DNA of 64,000 nt, taken from assembly GCA_038064855.1 (NCBI GenBank), contig JBBTSE010000002.1:8530-72529 (forward strand). Reading direction: 5' to 3'. The notes under the pieces are model-generated. The model ran no database searches and was not told the DNA's origin. It saw only the letters and a list, made by a program, of their open reading frames with translations. This DNA comes from Patescibacteria group bacterium (lineage in GTDB: Bacteria > Patescibacteriota > Minisyncoccia > Ryanbacterales > GWA2-47-10b). Numbering within the stretch: the stretch's first letter is position 1; the number at the start of each line of letters is the position of its first letter. The translations under genes were made by a program, and so were the position numbers. Below, piece after piece: positions 9,379 to 18,998 of the stretch.

Positions 9379-12300
9379 TTACGGCACGACGGTCAGCGGG
9401 CCGCTGGCGCAGACTGTCCCCGATGCCGTGCGGTAGTTGCAAACGCGGAGGGTGTACGTCCCCGCGGTCACGATCACGGAACCGCCAACGGTCAACTGGC
9501 CGATCGTACCGACGGGGCGTGTGTTCAGATCGGGTCGCGGTATCGGTGTGCCGTTCACATCCCACTGCAGGCTTAAGGCACCCTGGTTGTCCGAGTCTCC
9601 GAATACGAACCCGCTCCCGTTCACGCGGACATCATAGCCATTGAAGAGATTGCATGTCTGGCCGGCACGGCAGGTACCCGTGATCGATGAGATGACGGGC
9701 GATGGTTGATAGACCGCGAACTGGACGGTGTTGCTCCGCTGGCCGTTGGAGAAACTGGGCACGGGGTTATAGAGCTGGACAAAGTAGGTTCCTGGCCTCT
9801 CCGGGAATCCGACGCCGGAGCCCTCACCGAACGAATCGACATGGTAGGTCGCGAGTGTGCTGCTCGCAGGTGTTGCTCGAAGGCTCCCAAGCCCTGGCGG
9901 ATCAGAAGCACCCCACAAGAGATACAGGATCCCGGTACTGAAGTTCTGACCCGTGAATGAAAGATCGACAGCCCCCGTATTGAGCGTCACAGATGAAGGC
10001 GTGAAGTTATTGATTGCTGGCACGGGGAGCGCGGCGGTCGGTGTCGGTGAAGGGGTCGCTGTTGGGCTTGGAGTGATGCAGGCGAATTTCTGGATCCGAT
10101 CGATATCTGCGACATAGACATTGCTGGCAGAGTCAACGGCCACGCCGGTCGGTCCCCTGAACTCACCGCCGCCAGAGCCAGACATCCCCCATTGACCGAT
10201 GAATGTGCCGCTCTGGCTGAACTTCTGGATGCGACGGTTGGTAGTGTCGGCGACGTACACGTTACCACCATCGATCCGTACATCCTCCGGCCCCATGAGT
10301 TCGCCGACACCACTGCCCCCAGGTCCTCCCCACTTCGTGAGAAAAAATCCACCTGAACTAAATTTCTGGATGCGATTGTTCCCCGTATCGGCAACGTACA
10401 GGTTGCCTGTTGCATCCACCGCTACGGCGCGTGGTTGCAACAGCTCGCCGTCGAGACTTCCGACAGTCCCGATCTTCCCCACGAAGCCGCCGTTACCATC
10501 AAATATTTGGATTCTATGATTGTTTCGATCAGCTACATAGACCTTACCGCTAGTATCGAGAGCGACACCCGTGGGCTGATCGAATTGCCCATCGCCGGTA
10601 CCCCGCGTACCCCATACGAGCACGAATGTACCGGCAGTCGTGAACTTGTGAATGCGGTGATTCAGCCTATCGGTGACATACACATGCGTGCCATCAGTAG
10701 CGACGCCCGAAGGCGTGTCGAACTGTCCGTCACCCGCGCCGTAGCTTCCCCAACTACCAAGAAAGACCCCGTCGCTCGTGAATTTCTGTACGCGAAAGTT
10801 CTCCCTCTCGGTGACATACACGTTGTCGGCGGCGTCAACGGCGAGATGGTAGGCGCCGTTGAGCTGCCCATCCCCAGAACCAAGAGTTCCCCACTTGGTC
10901 ACAAATGTGTACTGGCACCCAGCGGTCGCTGTTGGGGTCGGCGTCGGAGAAGGAGGAGGTGTCGTGTAGAAGACCCGTGCCTGCACATAGTCCGCACGGC
11001 AGGTGTTGGTAGGCGTCGTGCCACGAGCCCAGCACCACATCCGTACGCGGAAGTTCAAGTCCGAAATCTCTCCCGGCGACCAGCTTCGTCCCCAGGTGTC
11101 GGTTGACCCACCGATCGTCCAGGTGCCACGACCACCAGAGAGACCACTCCCTCGGCAGTTGGGCGTCCCAGGTGTGGTGCTCACACATTCGCCGCCGCCT
11201 TCCGGATCAGGATTCACCATGTAAGCCGGAATGAACGAGCTACCGCCGTCGTACGACAGATCAGTGAAGATGTCGTCGAAGTAGTTACCTACGCCTACGT
11301 GTCCTTCAATCTGAACCTCGATACCGGTGACGGTTGCATCAGAGGGGAGTGAGAAGCCGAATCCGCCTACTTGGTGAGTTGGCCGCACGCTGCCAACCTT
11401 CATGCCGACTGCATCGAGATCATCGTCGGCGAAGAGGTTCTGGCCGTCGACCCAACCACCCGTCTGACTGCCGCCCAAGAGAAAACCCGTGTCAGTTGAG
11501 ACCGGGCTTGGCGTGTTTGTTGGAACTGGCGTTGGGCTGGGACTGGCGAGAGCGGGAGGTAGGCACACAAGGACGATGGTGTCCGTATCCTTCTGGCCAT
11601 CAATCCCAACCGTGCGGAGCTTGAAGGCCCGCGATGCTTTCTTGGGACCGTTCCGGCTCGACTTCAAGCGTACCCGAAGATCGACATCGCTCGTGTAGAG
11701 TGAGCCGATGAAGGGCAGGGCACCAACACCTGCAAGAGCATCGAGGAGCCCCATCCGGTTCATGGCGTCGTCCGCGTTCTTCTCCGAATCCTTCTCGCTT
11801 GGTTTCAAGAGTTCGTAGGACGCGATGCCCGGAGACACGCATGCGGGTAGCCGTAGGTCCTGGTGGTTGAAGATCAGCCGCGTGTTGAAGGTGCAGGCGC
11901 CATCAGCCGCGCCATCGAGATCGCACGCGGCACCGTCAGTGCAGGGCTGCTTCGACTTTGGCACACACTTGCGTGAGTCGAGTAGTAGCTCACCCGCAAG
12001 AGAAAACTCGCCGAAGCAGTCGGTCTTGGCAGAGCCGCCGCCCATCACGAGTGACTTGTCAGAGGCAGAACCGCACGAAAGGAGTCCTTTCAAGACATCA
12101 ATGTCGCCCTTGTCGATGACGCCGTTGCCGTTCAAGTCTCGCGGATCTTCGGGGTTTGCAGGGCGGCCGAGGGCGTCGCGGATGATTTTCTCATCTTTCG
12201 CATCAATACGGGTATCATCGGTCAAGTCACCACGGAACCGCGGCAGGCCGACTTCCAGCCGAATAATTCGTTGAGTACCACCCGGGAGATATACGAGGAG

Positions 12301-12897
12301 GCTGGCGACCCCGTAATCAATACCTGTAATTACAAACCGGGTCTTGCCTTGGCTTTCCTCACGTCGCACTGTGGCAACGCTCGGGTGAGCGGTCTCGATG
12401 AGGCTTTCCTGTAGGCCAGTTACATCAATGTCGACACCTTCGACGTAGGCATGAAGGGAAAGACTCTCTTCCTCGGCTGGGCGGACCGCCATCAGCTCCG
12501 GCACCTCAATTGCAGACCCATAGTCGAAATCGGGAAGCACTAATATCTCGACGCTATCGCGTAACACCGTCGTGCCAACTCGTCCGGCAATCCTCAGTGT
12601 AACGGGCCCGACGACGTCTGCAGGTAGCGGGAGCTGGATCATTCCGGAACCACCTGAGGCCCGGCCCGCCCCGCCGGGTACCGTCGCGACTAGCCCATCG
12701 AAGGTCACCCCGTGCGTATCTACCAGCACACTCACAATGTCGCCCCGCTGGAATTGCTCGCCAGGTGCGGGGCTAGTGATTTCGAGCATTGGGTCAGCCG
12801 CGGCTCGCCCAATCACGAGGAGCAAGACCGCAACCGTAACCACGACGATCGCAGTCGCTAGTAATGCCAACCGATTCATATACCAGGACATTATCAT
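9379..12897 (-). CDS. Large cell-surface protein with NHL-repeat beta-propeller, dockerin-like motif, Pro/Thr linkers and Ig-like C-terminal domains
   Basis: There is an N-terminal transmembrane/signal segment. Six NHL-type blades are visible (NFRVQKF, NHRIHKF, NHRIQIF, NNRIQKF, NRRIQKF, IDRIQKF). DLNGNGVIDKGDIDVL is dockerin-like. [21 protein letters not shown] are linkers. Confidence 0.75.
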   Translation of the reverse strand: MIMSWYMNRLALLATAIVVVTVAVLLLVIGRAAADPMLEITSPAPGEQFQRGDIVSVLVDTHGVTFDGLVATVPGGAGRASGGSGMIQLPLPADVVGPVTLRIAGRVGTTVLRDSVEILVLPDFDYGSAIEVPELMAVRPAEEESLSLHAYVEGVDIDVTGLQESLIETAHPSVATVRREESQGKTRFVITGIDYGVASLLVYLPGGTQRIIRLEVGLPRFRGDLTDDTRIDAKDEKIIRDALGRPANPEDPRDLNGNGVIDKGDIDVLKGLLSCGSASDKSLVMGGGSAKTDCFGEFSLAGELLLDSRKCVPKSKQPCTDGAACDLDGAADGACTFNTRLIFNHQDLRLPACVSPGIASYELLKPSEKDSEKNADDAMNRMGLLDALAGVGALPFIGSLYTSDVDLRVRLKSSRNGPKKASRAFKLRTVGIDGQKDTDTIVLVCLPPALASPSPTPVPTNTPSPVSTDTGFLLGGSQTGGWVDGQNLFADDDLDAVGMKVGSVRPTHQVGGFGFSLPSDATVTGIEVQIEGHVGVGNYFDDIFTDLSYDGGSSFIPAYMVNPDPEGGGECVSTTPGTPNCRGSGLSGGRGTWTIGGSTDTWGRSWSPGEISDLNFRVRMWCWARGTTPTNTCRADYVQARVFYTTPPPSPTPTPTATAGCQYTFVTKWGTLGSGDGQLNGAYHLAVDAADNVYVTERENFRVQKFTSDGVFLGSWGSYGAGDGQFDTPSGVATDGTHVYVTDRLNHRIHKFTTAGTFVLVWGTRGTGDGQFDQPTGVALDTSGKVYVADRNNHRIQIFDGNGGFVGKIGTVGSLDGELLQPRAVAVDATGNLYVADTGNNRIQKFSSGGFFLTKWGGPGGSGVGELMGPEDVRIDGGNVYVADTTNRRIQKFSQSGTFIGQWGMSGSGGGEFRGPTGVAVDSASNVYVADIDRIQKFACITPSPTATPSPTPTAALPVPAINNFTPSSVTLNTGAVDLSFTGQNFSTGILYLLWGASDPPGLGSLRATPASSTLATYHVDSFGEGSGVGFPERPGTYFVQLYNPVPSFSNGQRSNTVQFAVYQPSPVISSITGTCRAGQTCNLFNGYDVRVNGSGFVFGDSDNQGALSLQWDVNGTPIPRPDLNTRPVGTIGQLTVGGSVIVTAGTYTLRVCNYRTASGTVCASGPLTVVP

Positions 12898-12923
12898 GTT
12901 AATATTCTAGCACGATACTTTGC

Positions 12924-15900
12924 CTAGGGTTGTGGACTACTCGGGGGCACTCTAACAAACTGATCGACTACACCATCGAGCAAGTTAGCGATCTCGGCCG
13001 GAAGTTGCGGTCGCGAAAGGATTGATCGTGATGGAAATGGGGCATCCGGTATCCCGCAGTAGCCGACGGTGCCAGAGTAAACCTCCTGGATATCTCGCTG
13101 GAGTCTAAGATATCTCGCCAAAACAGTCGCGTCTGTGTGCAGATAGGGGCCGACTCCGGTCACCTGAGAGCCGGCTTGTGATAGCGTCTGACTCTGAATC
13201 GGCGACACGAGGTCCGTCAGGACCGCGGGGGAGCCCAAGAGCTGCGCCCCACCACTCGGCGGGCTCCATGCCACCGTACAGAAGGGCGGGGTCACAGGGA
13301 GATCCTGCAAATAGTCGGCGAGATGACAGAGGGCAGCATCCAGGCTGTTGGCATCATCCGCTGACGATGATGCAGAAACAAAATGCGTAGGTATCGAACC
13401 CGGCCGTGAGTTAAGCGTACGGAGGGCATCATTGGATGGGCAATCCGAAACCGGGCAGAGGTTCGCGACAGCTCCGTGGTGAGCCTGCCGAAGGTAGTTA
13501 CGCAGATCGTCATCGTCGTCAGAGAACCGAAGAACCGTGTCAACGATGCCGGCGACATCCGTCGAATACTCGAAGGGACAGGATACTATTGCGGACGCGA
13601 AGTCGAGGCCGACGGTGGCCCAGCGTGTGCCCTCGTGCGGTGTGTCGATGCTGACGAGCCTACGAACATCGCCCGCGAGAAAGTTCGACGGTCGCCTATA
13701 GAGGCCTCCAAGATGTTGATTTAATGCTTCAACACAGTCCTGAAAAAGGCCTGGAACCGGTTGGCAGAGTGGAAGAGTCCGAGTAGCCAGGGCACCCATA
13801 CTGTGTGCGACGACGTCGAGTTGGATCGCGACCGCATCGTTGTCGACTCCGAATCGATTGAGGCAGCCTCGAAGATCGCGAGCGATCTCGCCGGCGACAG
13901 TGGCGAAGGACGCGAATTGACTACCGGTGTAATCAGCTACGCAGTAGTAGTGCTTGTGAGGAGGCCGAATCGCAGGGGGAAAAGTCAGGTGAACGCTCGA
14001 ATCTGGGGGCGAGGCGGAGTTCAGGAATGACCGCCAAGTGTTTCTGCTGCCGCCGAAGCCATGCACGAGAAGAACAGGCGGCCGTAGAAGTCGCACGACT
14101 CGTTCAGGTGAGCTGCAAGGTTGATGAGGTGAAGACGGTGGATCTGGAGTAAACTGAATTGTATAGGGATAGGAACGGTCTCGAGTGGTGTCGTCCCCAA
14201 AATGATCGGGACTCTTGACGATGAAGTAGCCCAGGTGGCGAGTGACCGAGGCAGCGTTCTTTACTTCGGTCGTGCGTACCGATTGGCTGCAGGGATTTTG
14301 TGAAACAGCGCCCGCAAGGGTGTGGATGGATGGATTAAGGGAATTGGCAGGACAGTCGATTGAGAAGGTGATATCGCCCGGTTGCTGGGTCTCAAAAACA
14401 AAAAGGAGACGAGATACTCCGTCGCTGGCAAGCGCAGTTGGGTGCCATGCATAGTACGGAAGTCTAGAGGTAATTGAGGAGATATCTGAATTGACGAGTC
14501 CGGCGGAAGTCGCAAAGGATGAAGCGTCGTAGGTTATTACTTGCACAGAGTTGCAGGTAGATGTGGACGGTGAGCAACGGGGATCTAGGTCGTCGATAAA
14601 GTCGTTGCAGTCGTCGTCAGCGCCATTGGTGCAGGTGGGGTCACCCACGGGACCTTCAATGCCCGGTGGTGCGGGATAGTAACGGCAGGAATCGCCGACG
14701 CAGCGGTCGAGCGTGCATCCGTCCGCATCCTCGCAGTCGCCATTCAGCGCGCAGTCAGCAGAACCACCAATGCAGGCACAGGATGCGTTGCAGGTTTGGC
14801 CGGTTGAGCAATCGGACGGGGAGCCGTCACATTCTTCGTTGCAGCCGGCCTGGATGACATCGTCGCCGCAGTGAGGACCGCCCGCGCACACGCCGGCGGT
14901 GCAGCGGTCGTTGATCGTGCACGGGTCGGGGTCGGTGCAGCTGGTGTTGTTGGGGCGGGACTGTCTTTGGCAAGCGTGTGTAATGAGATTACAGACACCC
15001 GTGTTGCAGTCGTTGGCTAAGCTGGTGCACTGGGTATCGCTGGTGCAGCCGAGTATTTCGCACGCACCGCAGTCGCTTGCGCGGCACGTCTGGCCGCCGG
15101 CACAGCTTGACGGCAATCCGGTGTCACAGGCCTCCGTACCACAGACCCTTCCGTCGCCACACGAGACGGGACGGGGCTGTTGGACACATTGGTCGTTCGA
15201 TTCATTGCAGACACCCGTGTTGCATAGATCAGTCTGAGCGCTGCAATCTCTGGCCGTTCCGCCGACGCAGGTGCCGGCACCGTTGCACGCGTCGTTGATC
15301 GTACAGAACTGTGTATCGTCGCATGAGACGGTGTTGTTCGCTGTGACGCATTGCGCAGTGCTCGGGTTACAGGAGTCATTCGTGCAGGAGTTACCATCGT
15401 TGCAGCTCGTATGGCCGGGATCACTGCACGAACAACCGGCCGAATCGACAACCTGACCAGAGGAAGTCCCCGGACACGAGTCGCTCGCATCCGGAACACT
15501 GTCGCCATCGGCATCCGGAGGTACCCCACCTTGGCAGGTGCATGAAGCGGTGCAGGTCTGGCCGGCCGAGCAGCCGACTGGTGATCCATCACACTGCTCG
15601 CTACCTTCCTTGGTGTTGTTCCCGCAGGTTGTGATTAGCCAGTGTCCGTTGGTGCTCCAACCGGTCCCAGGGGACCCGGAGAGTTGCCACCAGAGGTTCT
15701 GCCCGATGTTCGTTCCCGCGTCGGCGCAGGTCGGTCCGCCGACAACGGTCATCTGTGTACCCGACGGCATCGTCGCCACGAGTGTTCCGGTGACACCTGC
15801 CGGATTGCGCAACCGTAAGTTGTGGCCATCGGCTGTGACGCTTACTGTGATCCCGATCGAGGGAAATGGTGTGAGCCATTCGGCGACCGCACTCCAGCCC

Positions 15901-16205
15901 TCGCGGTTCTGGTCGTCGCGCACCTGCCACCACCGAAAACCATCTGGCGTTACCGTGACGCCGTCACCGATTACCTGGAGGAAGTCGAGTGGTGGGTTTG
16001 TCCCGATCTCTGAGGAGGCAACCCCGGGCCCGTTCCTGAGTTTCAGGCCCGTCCCGCAGGTGTTGACGATCTGGACCTGCTGTCCGACCGAGATGGCAAG
16101 TGCCGGTGTCGCGTGAGCGAGAACCACTGCCGAAAGGAGAATGCTGGCTCCGCGGCACGCTCTCCGTGCCCACAGTCTGGACCAAGTCGCAGGCGTCTCC
16201 GCCAT
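12924..16205 (-). CDS. Secreted multidomain protein: tandem SH3b-like modules, Myxococcus-type cysteine-rich repeats, C-terminal alpha/beta-hydrolase (lipase-like)
   Basis: RBS GGAGGGGAG precedes ATG (MAETPATW...). Signal sequence with RR (WARRACRGASILLSAVVLAHATPALA). Repeats such as CGDGRVCGTEACD...C, and later PVLLVHGFGGSRN plus VVAHSMGALA (GxSxG). The alternative upstream start at 16286 is less likely. Confidence 0.7.
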   Translation of the reverse strand: MAETPATWSRLWARRACRGASILLSAVVLAHATPALAISVGQQVQIVNTCGTGLKLRNGPGVASSEIGTNPPLDFLQVIGDGVTVTPDGFRWWQVRDDQNREGWSAVAEWLTPFPSIGITVSVTADGHNLRLRNPAGVTGTLVATMPSGTQMTVVGGPTCADAGTNIGQNLWWQLSGSPGTGWSTNGHWLITTCGNNTKEGSEQCDGSPVGCSAGQTCTASCTCQGGVPPDADGDSVPDASDSCPGTSSGQVVDSAGCSCSDPGHTSCNDGNSCTNDSCNPSTAQCVTANNTVSCDDTQFCTINDACNGAGTCVGGTARDCSAQTDLCNTGVCNESNDQCVQQPRPVSCGDGRVCGTEACDTGLPSSCAGGQTCRASDCGACEILGCTSDTQCTSLANDCNTGVCNLITHACQRQSRPNNTSCTDPDPCTINDRCTAGVCAGGPHCGDDVIQAGCNEECDGSPSDCSTGQTCNASCACIGGSADCALNGDCEDADGCTLDRCVGDSCRYYPAPPGIEGPVGDPTCTNGADDDCNDFIDDLDPRCSPSTSTCNSVQVITYDASSFATSAGLVNSDISSITSRLPYYAWHPTALASDGVSRLLFVFETQQPGDITFSIDCPANSLNPSIHTLAGAVSQNPCSQSVRTTEVKNAASVTRHLGYFIVKSPDHFGDDTTRDRSYPYTIQFTPDPPSSPHQPCSSPERVVRLLRPPVLLVHGFGGSRNTWRSFLNSASPPDSSVHLTFPPAIRPPHKHYYCVADYTGSQFASFATVAGEIARDLRGCLNRFGVDNDAVAIQLDVVAHSMGALATRTLPLCQPVPGLFQDCVEALNQHLGGLYRRPSNFLAGDVRRLVSIDTPHEGTRWATVGLDFASAIVSCPFEYSTDVAGIVDTVLRFSDDDDDLRNYLRQAHHGAVANLCPVSDCPSNDALRTLNSRPGSIPTHFVSASSSADDANSLDAALCHLADYLQDLPVTPPFCTVAWSPPSGGAQLLGSPAVLTDLVSPIQSQTLSQAGSQVTGVGPYLHTDATVLARYLRLQRDIQEVYSGTVGYCGIPDAPFPSRSILSRPQLPAEIANLLDGVVDQFVRVPPSSPQP

Positions 16206-16314
16206 CTCCCCTCCGTCAGGTTGTCCCCGGTGCCGAGCACCAAGAGCTAGACCGGCCGGAACGCAAAAGTCAACCAGTACCGTCACCTACACCAAATGGT
16301 GTATCTCGCTCGGG

Positions 16315-17538
16315 GTGGCGGAACCGAAAGACGAACGGTCAGCCAGGCGGCGCTCTCATGCGCCGCACCCTCGCGATCTTCACCTGACCGATCTGGTCGG
16401 TCAGATCTACGAGGCCGTGGGAACCAGCGATGGCTGGGGTGTCTTCTTGGGCGGCCTTGCCGGAAGGATGCGCAGCGTAGCCCCGGCCCTCAACCTGACC
16501 GGCAAGGAACGTGACGCCGGTACGCTCTGGATCGCCCCTGGTCAGGACGACGAAGAGACGCGGCGCGTCTACGACACCTACTACCTCGCCCGTGATCCGA
16601 GGCGCCCCAAAATCCAGGAGACACCTGCCGGCGGAACCTTCATCGGCAACAGGGTCTTCCTCGATCGCGAGCTTGTCCGAAGCGAGTTTTTCAACGACTT
16701 CCTCCGGCCCCGAGACTTCTTCCACATCATGGGAGGAGTTCCCATCAAAGAGCCCGAACGGATGGCGGTGATCCGCCTCATTCGGCCGAGGAAGGCGCCA
16801 CCTTTCGGGAATCAAGAGCTTCGGCTCCTCAGAGTCGTCATGCCGCACCTCACCCGAGCCCTCCACCTCCACTGCGAGATTGCTCGCGTCGCGGACGCGC
16901 GAGACAGCGCTCACGAGGTGCTCGACCGGTTTCGGACGGGAGTCATCCTGCTCGATCGTGAGGGCAAGGTCATCACCGCAAACCTCCAGGCCCGTGCGAT
17001 CCTCGATCGCAGCGATGGTCTGTTGGTGAAGGACGCCACTCTCACTGCGGAGAGCACCGCTGCGAGAAGCGAGCTTGCCTCGACGGTCGCAGGGGTGCAG
17101 GCGCCCGACGGCAACGAGTCTGCGTCGCTTCGCATCCCGCGCTCCTCGGGGAAGAGACCGCTCGGGCTCCTCATCGCGCGGCTTCGAGGCAGACTTCTCG
17201 GCGACATCTCGAATCGAGCAGCGGTCGTTGTCTTCGTGAGCGATCCCGACGAGCAACGAGTGGCGCCGATCGACTTCGTCCGGCAGTCGCTCGGTCTCAC
17301 CAAGGCCCAGGCTCGTCTCGTTGTTTCGCTCGCTGCCGGCGGACGCCTGAAGGACATCGCCGAGAAGCTCGGCATCACCTATGCGACTGCACGCAGGGAG
17401 CTCTTCGACGCGTTCAAGAGAACCGGGGTGCACCGGCAGAAAGATCTGATCGGGCTCGTGGTATCGAGCGTCGGCTCGGTCATGCAACATGCGGACCTCG
17501 AGGTCGTCGGTGGTAGCGGCCATCGCCGATCTTCGTGA
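16315..17538 (+). CDS. LuxR-family transcriptional regulator (C-terminal GerE/LuxR HTH)
   Basis: C-terminal LTKAQARLVVSLAAGGRLKDIAEKLGITYATARRELFDAFKRTGVHRQKDLIGLV. The N-terminal DLVGQIYEAVGTSDGWGVFLGGLA is typical of large LuxR regulators. The start (GTG 16315) is uncertain; the gene is divergent from the 16205 operon. Confidence 0.65.
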   Translation: MAEPKDERSARRRSHAPHPRDLHLTDLVGQIYEAVGTSDGWGVFLGGLAGRMRSVAPALNLTGKERDAGTLWIAPGQDDEETRRVYDTYYLARDPRRPKIQETPAGGTFIGNRVFLDRELVRSEFFNDFLRPRDFFHIMGGVPIKEPERMAVIRLIRPRKAPPFGNQELRLLRVVMPHLTRALHLHCEIARVADARDSAHEVLDRFRTGVILLDREGKVITANLQARAILDRSDGLLVKDATLTAESTAARSELASTVAGVQAPDGNESASLRIPRSSGKRPLGLLIARLRGRLLGDISNRAAVVVFVSDPDEQRVAPIDFVRQSLGLTKAQARLVVSLAAGGRLKDIAEKLGITYATARRELFDAFKRTGVHRQKDLIGLVVSSVGSVMQHADLEVVGGSGHRRSS

Positions 17539-17920
17539 TCGCCTTCCCGCGAGACCAGCGCGCGACGGCCATGACCGCGGCTCTCGGATTGCGCGAGAGG
17601 GCAGGGATCCTCTTCTGGATTTCTGCGAGCGTGAACTCGTTCGGCAGTCCCGCGAGCACCTTGTCCCAGTCGATGCCGGAGGGCTGATTCCGCTTGCGGA
17701 CGACCTTCCTCGTTCGGGAGGACCGAGCCGGAGACCGAACGCGCACGCCCTGGGGCTGCCCTCGGCCAATACCGGAGAGTGCCGCGGTCCACTTCAGAGC
17801 TTCTTGTCGGAGACCCGAGAGGTGATTCTCCACGTCGGCGATCTCTCGGCGTATCAGGTCGAGCGTACGGTCGACCTGTCTGCGCAGGTTCCCGAAGATG
17901 TCGCGCTGTCTCGGCATGTC
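17480..17920 (-). CDS. Hypothetical protein
   Basis: ATG preceded by GGAGGGG RBS (MPRQRDIFGN...). Convergent with, and overlapping, the 3' end of the LuxR gene. No recognisable domain. Confidence 0.35.
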   Translation of the reverse strand, partial: DMPRQRDIFGNLRRQVDRTLDLIRREIADVENHLSGLRQEALKWTAALSGIGRGQPQGVRVRSPARSSRTRKVVRKRNQPSGIDWDKVLAGLPNEFTLAEIQKRIPALSRNPRAAVMAVARWSRGKAITKIGDGRYHRRPRGPHVA

Positions 17921-17989
17921 CCCTCCTGTTTGGCAGGCGAGAAGAACTGAAACGGGCGGCAACGTCAACGACAGCGCGGGTTGGATGCC

Positions 17990-18080
17990 GAAAAGAAAAG
18001 AGCCAGCTCCCTTTGGAAGCTGGCTCGTATCGTTTCAGAACCTTCCCGTGTCCACGAACGAGACATAGCGGTCATCGCCG
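17990..18080. repeat. Direct repeat copy B (hairpin GAGCCAGCTCCCTTTGGAAGCTGGCTC + intact radC 3' end)
   Basis: Matches 4383-4478. Here the radC reading frame is intact through the repeat. Confidence 0.7.
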
Positions 18081-18469
18081 ATCACGACATGGTCGAGAAT
18101 GCGGATGCCGAGGAGGTCTCCGGCCTCTTTGAGGCGGCGGGTGAGCGCAACGTCCTCGGCGGACGGCTCGGGATCTCCCGACGGGTGATTGTGAACGAGG
18201 ATGAGGGTGGCAGCATTCGCGATGATCGCCGCCTTGAACACCTCGCGCGGATGGACGAGCGACGCGGTCAGCGACCCGACCGACACCGTGTTGAAGCCCA
18301 TCACGCGACCCTTGCCGTCGAGGAGCACGGCGATGAACTCCTCGCGGTCGAGCTTCAGGAAGCGGTCACGGAAGGTGCGGAAGATCTGCTCGGAGCCGGC
18401 AACCGGCGAGCCGGCCAGACCGTAGCCGCCTCGCCGCTCTCGGACGACCTTGAGCTCCCACATGGTCAA
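18035..18469 (-). CDS. radC: RadC-like JAB/MPN domain protein
   Basis: HNHPSGDPEPSAEDVALTRRL (JAMM HxHPSG...S..D motif) and C-terminal DDRYVSFVDTGRF. Confidence 0.85.
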   Translation of the reverse strand: MTMWELKVVRERRGGYGLAGSPVAGSEQIFRTFRDRFLKLDREEFIAVLLDGKGRVMGFNTVSVGSLTASLVHPREVFKAAIIANAATLILVHNHPSGDPEPSAEDVALTRRLKEAGDLLGIRILDHVVIGDDRYVSFVDTGRF

Positions 18470-18846
18470 TCCTCCCCGGGGAGCATGATCGTGGCGACCG
18501 GTTCGCCTTCATCGCCAGGTCCGACATGGAGGATCATCTCCACAACCTCGGCGTCGATGAGGACCGAGAACGAGACAGAGCTGTCGTCGGGCCGTTTGCG
18601 GGCGGCGAGTGAGGACATCCACAGAACGTCGTGGGCTCTGCCGCGGGTGTCCTCGTGACTGTCCGCGGGCGCTTGGACGAGAGCCCAGACGGCGGCCGTC
18701 ATGGCGACCGGAATCCGGAATCCACCCATCATCTCGCGGGTGCTTGCCCACTCGGTCATGTCGACGAGCACGCCATCCTCGATCGCCTGACCGCGCGTGT
18801 AGCGGTGGACGACATCGGCGTCCGAAAAGAACTTTTCCATGGTCAC
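18466..18846 (-). CDS. Hypothetical protein (translationally coupled upstream of radC)
   Basis: ATGA overlap with the radC start. No recognisable motif. Confidence 0.5.
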   Translation of the reverse strand: MTMEKFFSDADVVHRYTRGQAIEDGVLVDMTEWASTREMMGGFRIPVAMTAAVWALVQAPADSHEDTRGRAHDVLWMSSLAARKRPDDSSVSFSVLIDAEVVEMILHVGPGDEGEPVATIMLPGED

Positions 18847-18998
18847 CCCTCGGGTGACTGTTCAGAGAGAGGAATCTCCCCCCGGGAGGTCTCGTCAAAG
18901 AACTCCCCGGGAGAGGTCTGCGAAAATGCAGACCGGATCGGGTGAAAGGTGATAGCGACAGTCGCGTCTCTTCCATCAACACAGAGGAGGACTCGCCG

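Noticed and set aside
16339-17769. 476-aa minus-strand ORF overlapping the LuxR regulator gene
   Set aside because: It is antisense to the LuxR gene with the recognisable HTH. The product is a low-complexity Arg/Ser-rich sequence typical of a high-GC artefact.
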